The notes beneath the pieces are model-generated. The model worked only from the letters and a program-made list of their open reading frames with translations, was not told where the DNA came from and did no database searches. A program made the position numbers and the translations under genes. Below, one piece after another: positions 61,989 to 64,000 of a stretch of DNA of 64,000 nt. This DNA comes from Lama glama (Eukaryota): assembly GCA_028534125.1 (NCBI GenBank), contig CM052818.1, positions 33,976,001 through 34,040,000 of the forward strand, read 5' to 3'. Within the stretch, counting starts at the first letter, position 1; every line of letters begins with the position of its first letter.

Positions 61989-63571
61989 ATTTACGTGTTT
62001 GGCCTTGGCTGAGGCCTTCTCCCCATGGCTCTGAGCCACAGTCCGGCTGCTCTCCCACATCCCCTGCAGCCGCGGCTGGGACGTTCTGTGTCTCCCTTTC
62101 ACCCTCCACCCCAACTTGCTGAGTCACCCCCTCGGCCCCTTTCCCCTGCTGCCCTGGCCAGGCCTGTGGAGGAATAGCAGCTCCTCACAGGAGAACCCAG
62201 ACCCCAGGCCGCTCCCAGCTGACCCAGAACCTCGTTTATTCTCATAATATCAATGGTGGCTCCAAGGGCTGCTCCTACCGGGACACTAGTTGGCCTGGCC
62301 CATGCCCTTCCACACTGAAGTTTGGTGACAAGGTGAGTCCTCCGCCTGCACTTCAGGTGCCTGATCTAAAGCCACATCTGATCTGGAAAGTTACTTTCCA
62401 TATGTATAGACTCTGATTTTTCCCCAAACTATTTCTTCAAGATCAGAGATAAATTTCATTAAAGCACTATCAGATTTCTGGCACCCTGCGGTAGGACTTA
62501 GGGAGAGCCTGGGAGGACAGTGTCGGCAGGGAGGAGCTGGCCATAGGCAGCTCATTTGTAGACAGAGTGTAGAAATAACTCCTGAGCCAGTGAGGCCTTA
62601 GGCCAAAATCATACAAGGGTCCTGGTGAACCCAGGCCTATCTTGTTTGTCCTGGAGGTTAGGTTTCTAACATAATGCAGAGTGAAGAGTGTAACTATTAT
62701 CCCCTGGAAAAGATACACGTTCTCCTTCTAAGGTCCTTCGAGGATGTAACTGAGTCTATCAGAATCCTTCCTATGCTAGGCCTTAAGGTGCTCCCTGGTT
62801 CAGTTAAGGTAGAGCTGCCTCTGGGGTAAGATATCATGCAGGGCAGCTTGGACTATGTGGAAGTTTCTCGGGATCCTGGAATGTAAGCAATGTAAGCTTG
62901 ATGGCTTGACCTGTAAATAGAACTCATACCAAAAGAATGGAAGGGCACAGGGCCCAGAGAAGGAGAAAATGTAATGATGAGGGGACAGCTGGAGAGACCG
63001 TAATGCAGATACAAGATTCCTAAATTCCTCCCTGTTTCTCTGACATCAGGTAAGCATCTTGCAGTGCAGTAACAAAGCATATTCCCTTCTTCAGTTTCCC
63101 CTCTGCCTATGTGACCCCGACTGAGGTCTGTTCACATTCACAGCTGCCAAGAGCTTGCCTGGCCCCTGGCTTTACCATCAGCACCCGCGGCTGCTGCCAG
63201 CCTAAGCTCCTACCCCCGTCCCTGGGCAGCAGTGTCTGTCCTCTTGGAATCTCCAGGGGGTCTGCGGGAGCCTGAGGGGAGAAAAGCAAGGAATGGTGCC
63301 CTGACTCAACTTCCAACCCAATCAAACCCTTTCCTCTCTCACTTCCCTTGTAATTGCCACAGAAGAGGCACTGGGGAATAACCCCCCTGGGGACAAGATG
63401 AGGATCGGCTCCTTAGTCCTCCTGAAGTGCCCACCGCTTCGCCTGGCCTGTGTGCTGGAACCTGGGAGCCGAGCTCGAGTGATCCGATGGGTGAGAGTCA
63501 AAATGAACTGACAGAGAATCCAGGTCCCTAAGCTCGGGTCACAGTCCAGGAGAAAAGGGCAACTGTGATGA

Positions 63572-63751
63572 TCACTTGTCAGCAGATGCTGGTGAGACAG
63601 GCCTGGTGGGAAGAAGAGCATCTGCCTCTCCAGAGACTTGGGGCCCAGCCTCTGCCTCCTTTGCTCTTTGGCCCGAGGTGGCGGCTGTGGTGGAGTCCAG
63701 GCCAGAGCATCCCAGACCTCCGGCATAGAGACGAGATCGCATTGGCCACTT
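63572..63751 (-). CDS. TCF23: Transcription factor 23 (bHLH OUT), terminal coding exon; upstream exons lie beyond the window end
   Basis: Acceptor gtcttgcag, then [59 protein letters not shown]. This matches the recalled TCF23 C-terminus and the expected synteny, convergent with SLC5A6. Confidence 0.93.
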   Translation of the reverse strand, partial: KWPMRSRLYAGGLGCSGLDSTTAATSGQRAKEAEAGPQVSGEADALLPTRPVSPASADK

Positions 63752-64000
63752 CTGCAAGACACGGGGAGGGGACGTGAGACATGTGCAGTAGGGCAGCTCC
63801 TCATAGTCCTTGATGTCCAAAACTCCTCCTTCCCTAGCCTCCCTTCCTGGGACCCTCTCCTGCCAGGGCCGCTCCAGTGACAGTGGTCTCAGGCTCACCA
63901 CCACTCAAGGTCTCACACATTCTCCTGACCACTTGAACCTGTCTGAGAGGCGCAGGAGGAGCTGTCTGAGGAGAGCAATGGCACCCCATGGTGGGGAGGG

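Overview
This is mammalian genomic DNA, probably from a camelid judging by its tRNA-derived SINE family (inference). It is syntenic with the human 2p23.3 block CAD-ATRAID-SLC5A6-TCF23. From left to right it holds coding exons 1-30 of CAD (minus strand, gene runs off the window start), complete ATRAID (minus), complete SLC5A6/SMVT (plus, sharing a CpG-island bidirectional promoter with ATRAID), a repeat-rich interval of about 30 kb, and the last coding exon of TCF23 (minus). The interval is not simply intergenic. On the minus strand it carries about 12 splice-site-bounded, decayed exons whose translations follow PI3K catalytic-subunit domain order (RBD-like, C2, helical, kinase N-lobe, IAKVQ segment). 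I read this as an unannotated intron-containing PI3K-like pseudogene that lacks the kinase C-lobe. It lies between two direct copies of the SLC5A6 3' end/flank whose identity is patchy (about 75% to 95%). Also present: a full-length GAPDH retrocopy with TSDs, an ERV with a tRNA-Ser PBS nested in an MLT1 LTR, and a 73-bp SLC5A6 exon fragment copied into an upstream intron between inverted repeats. All protein and repeat-family comparisons are from memory; no database search was run.
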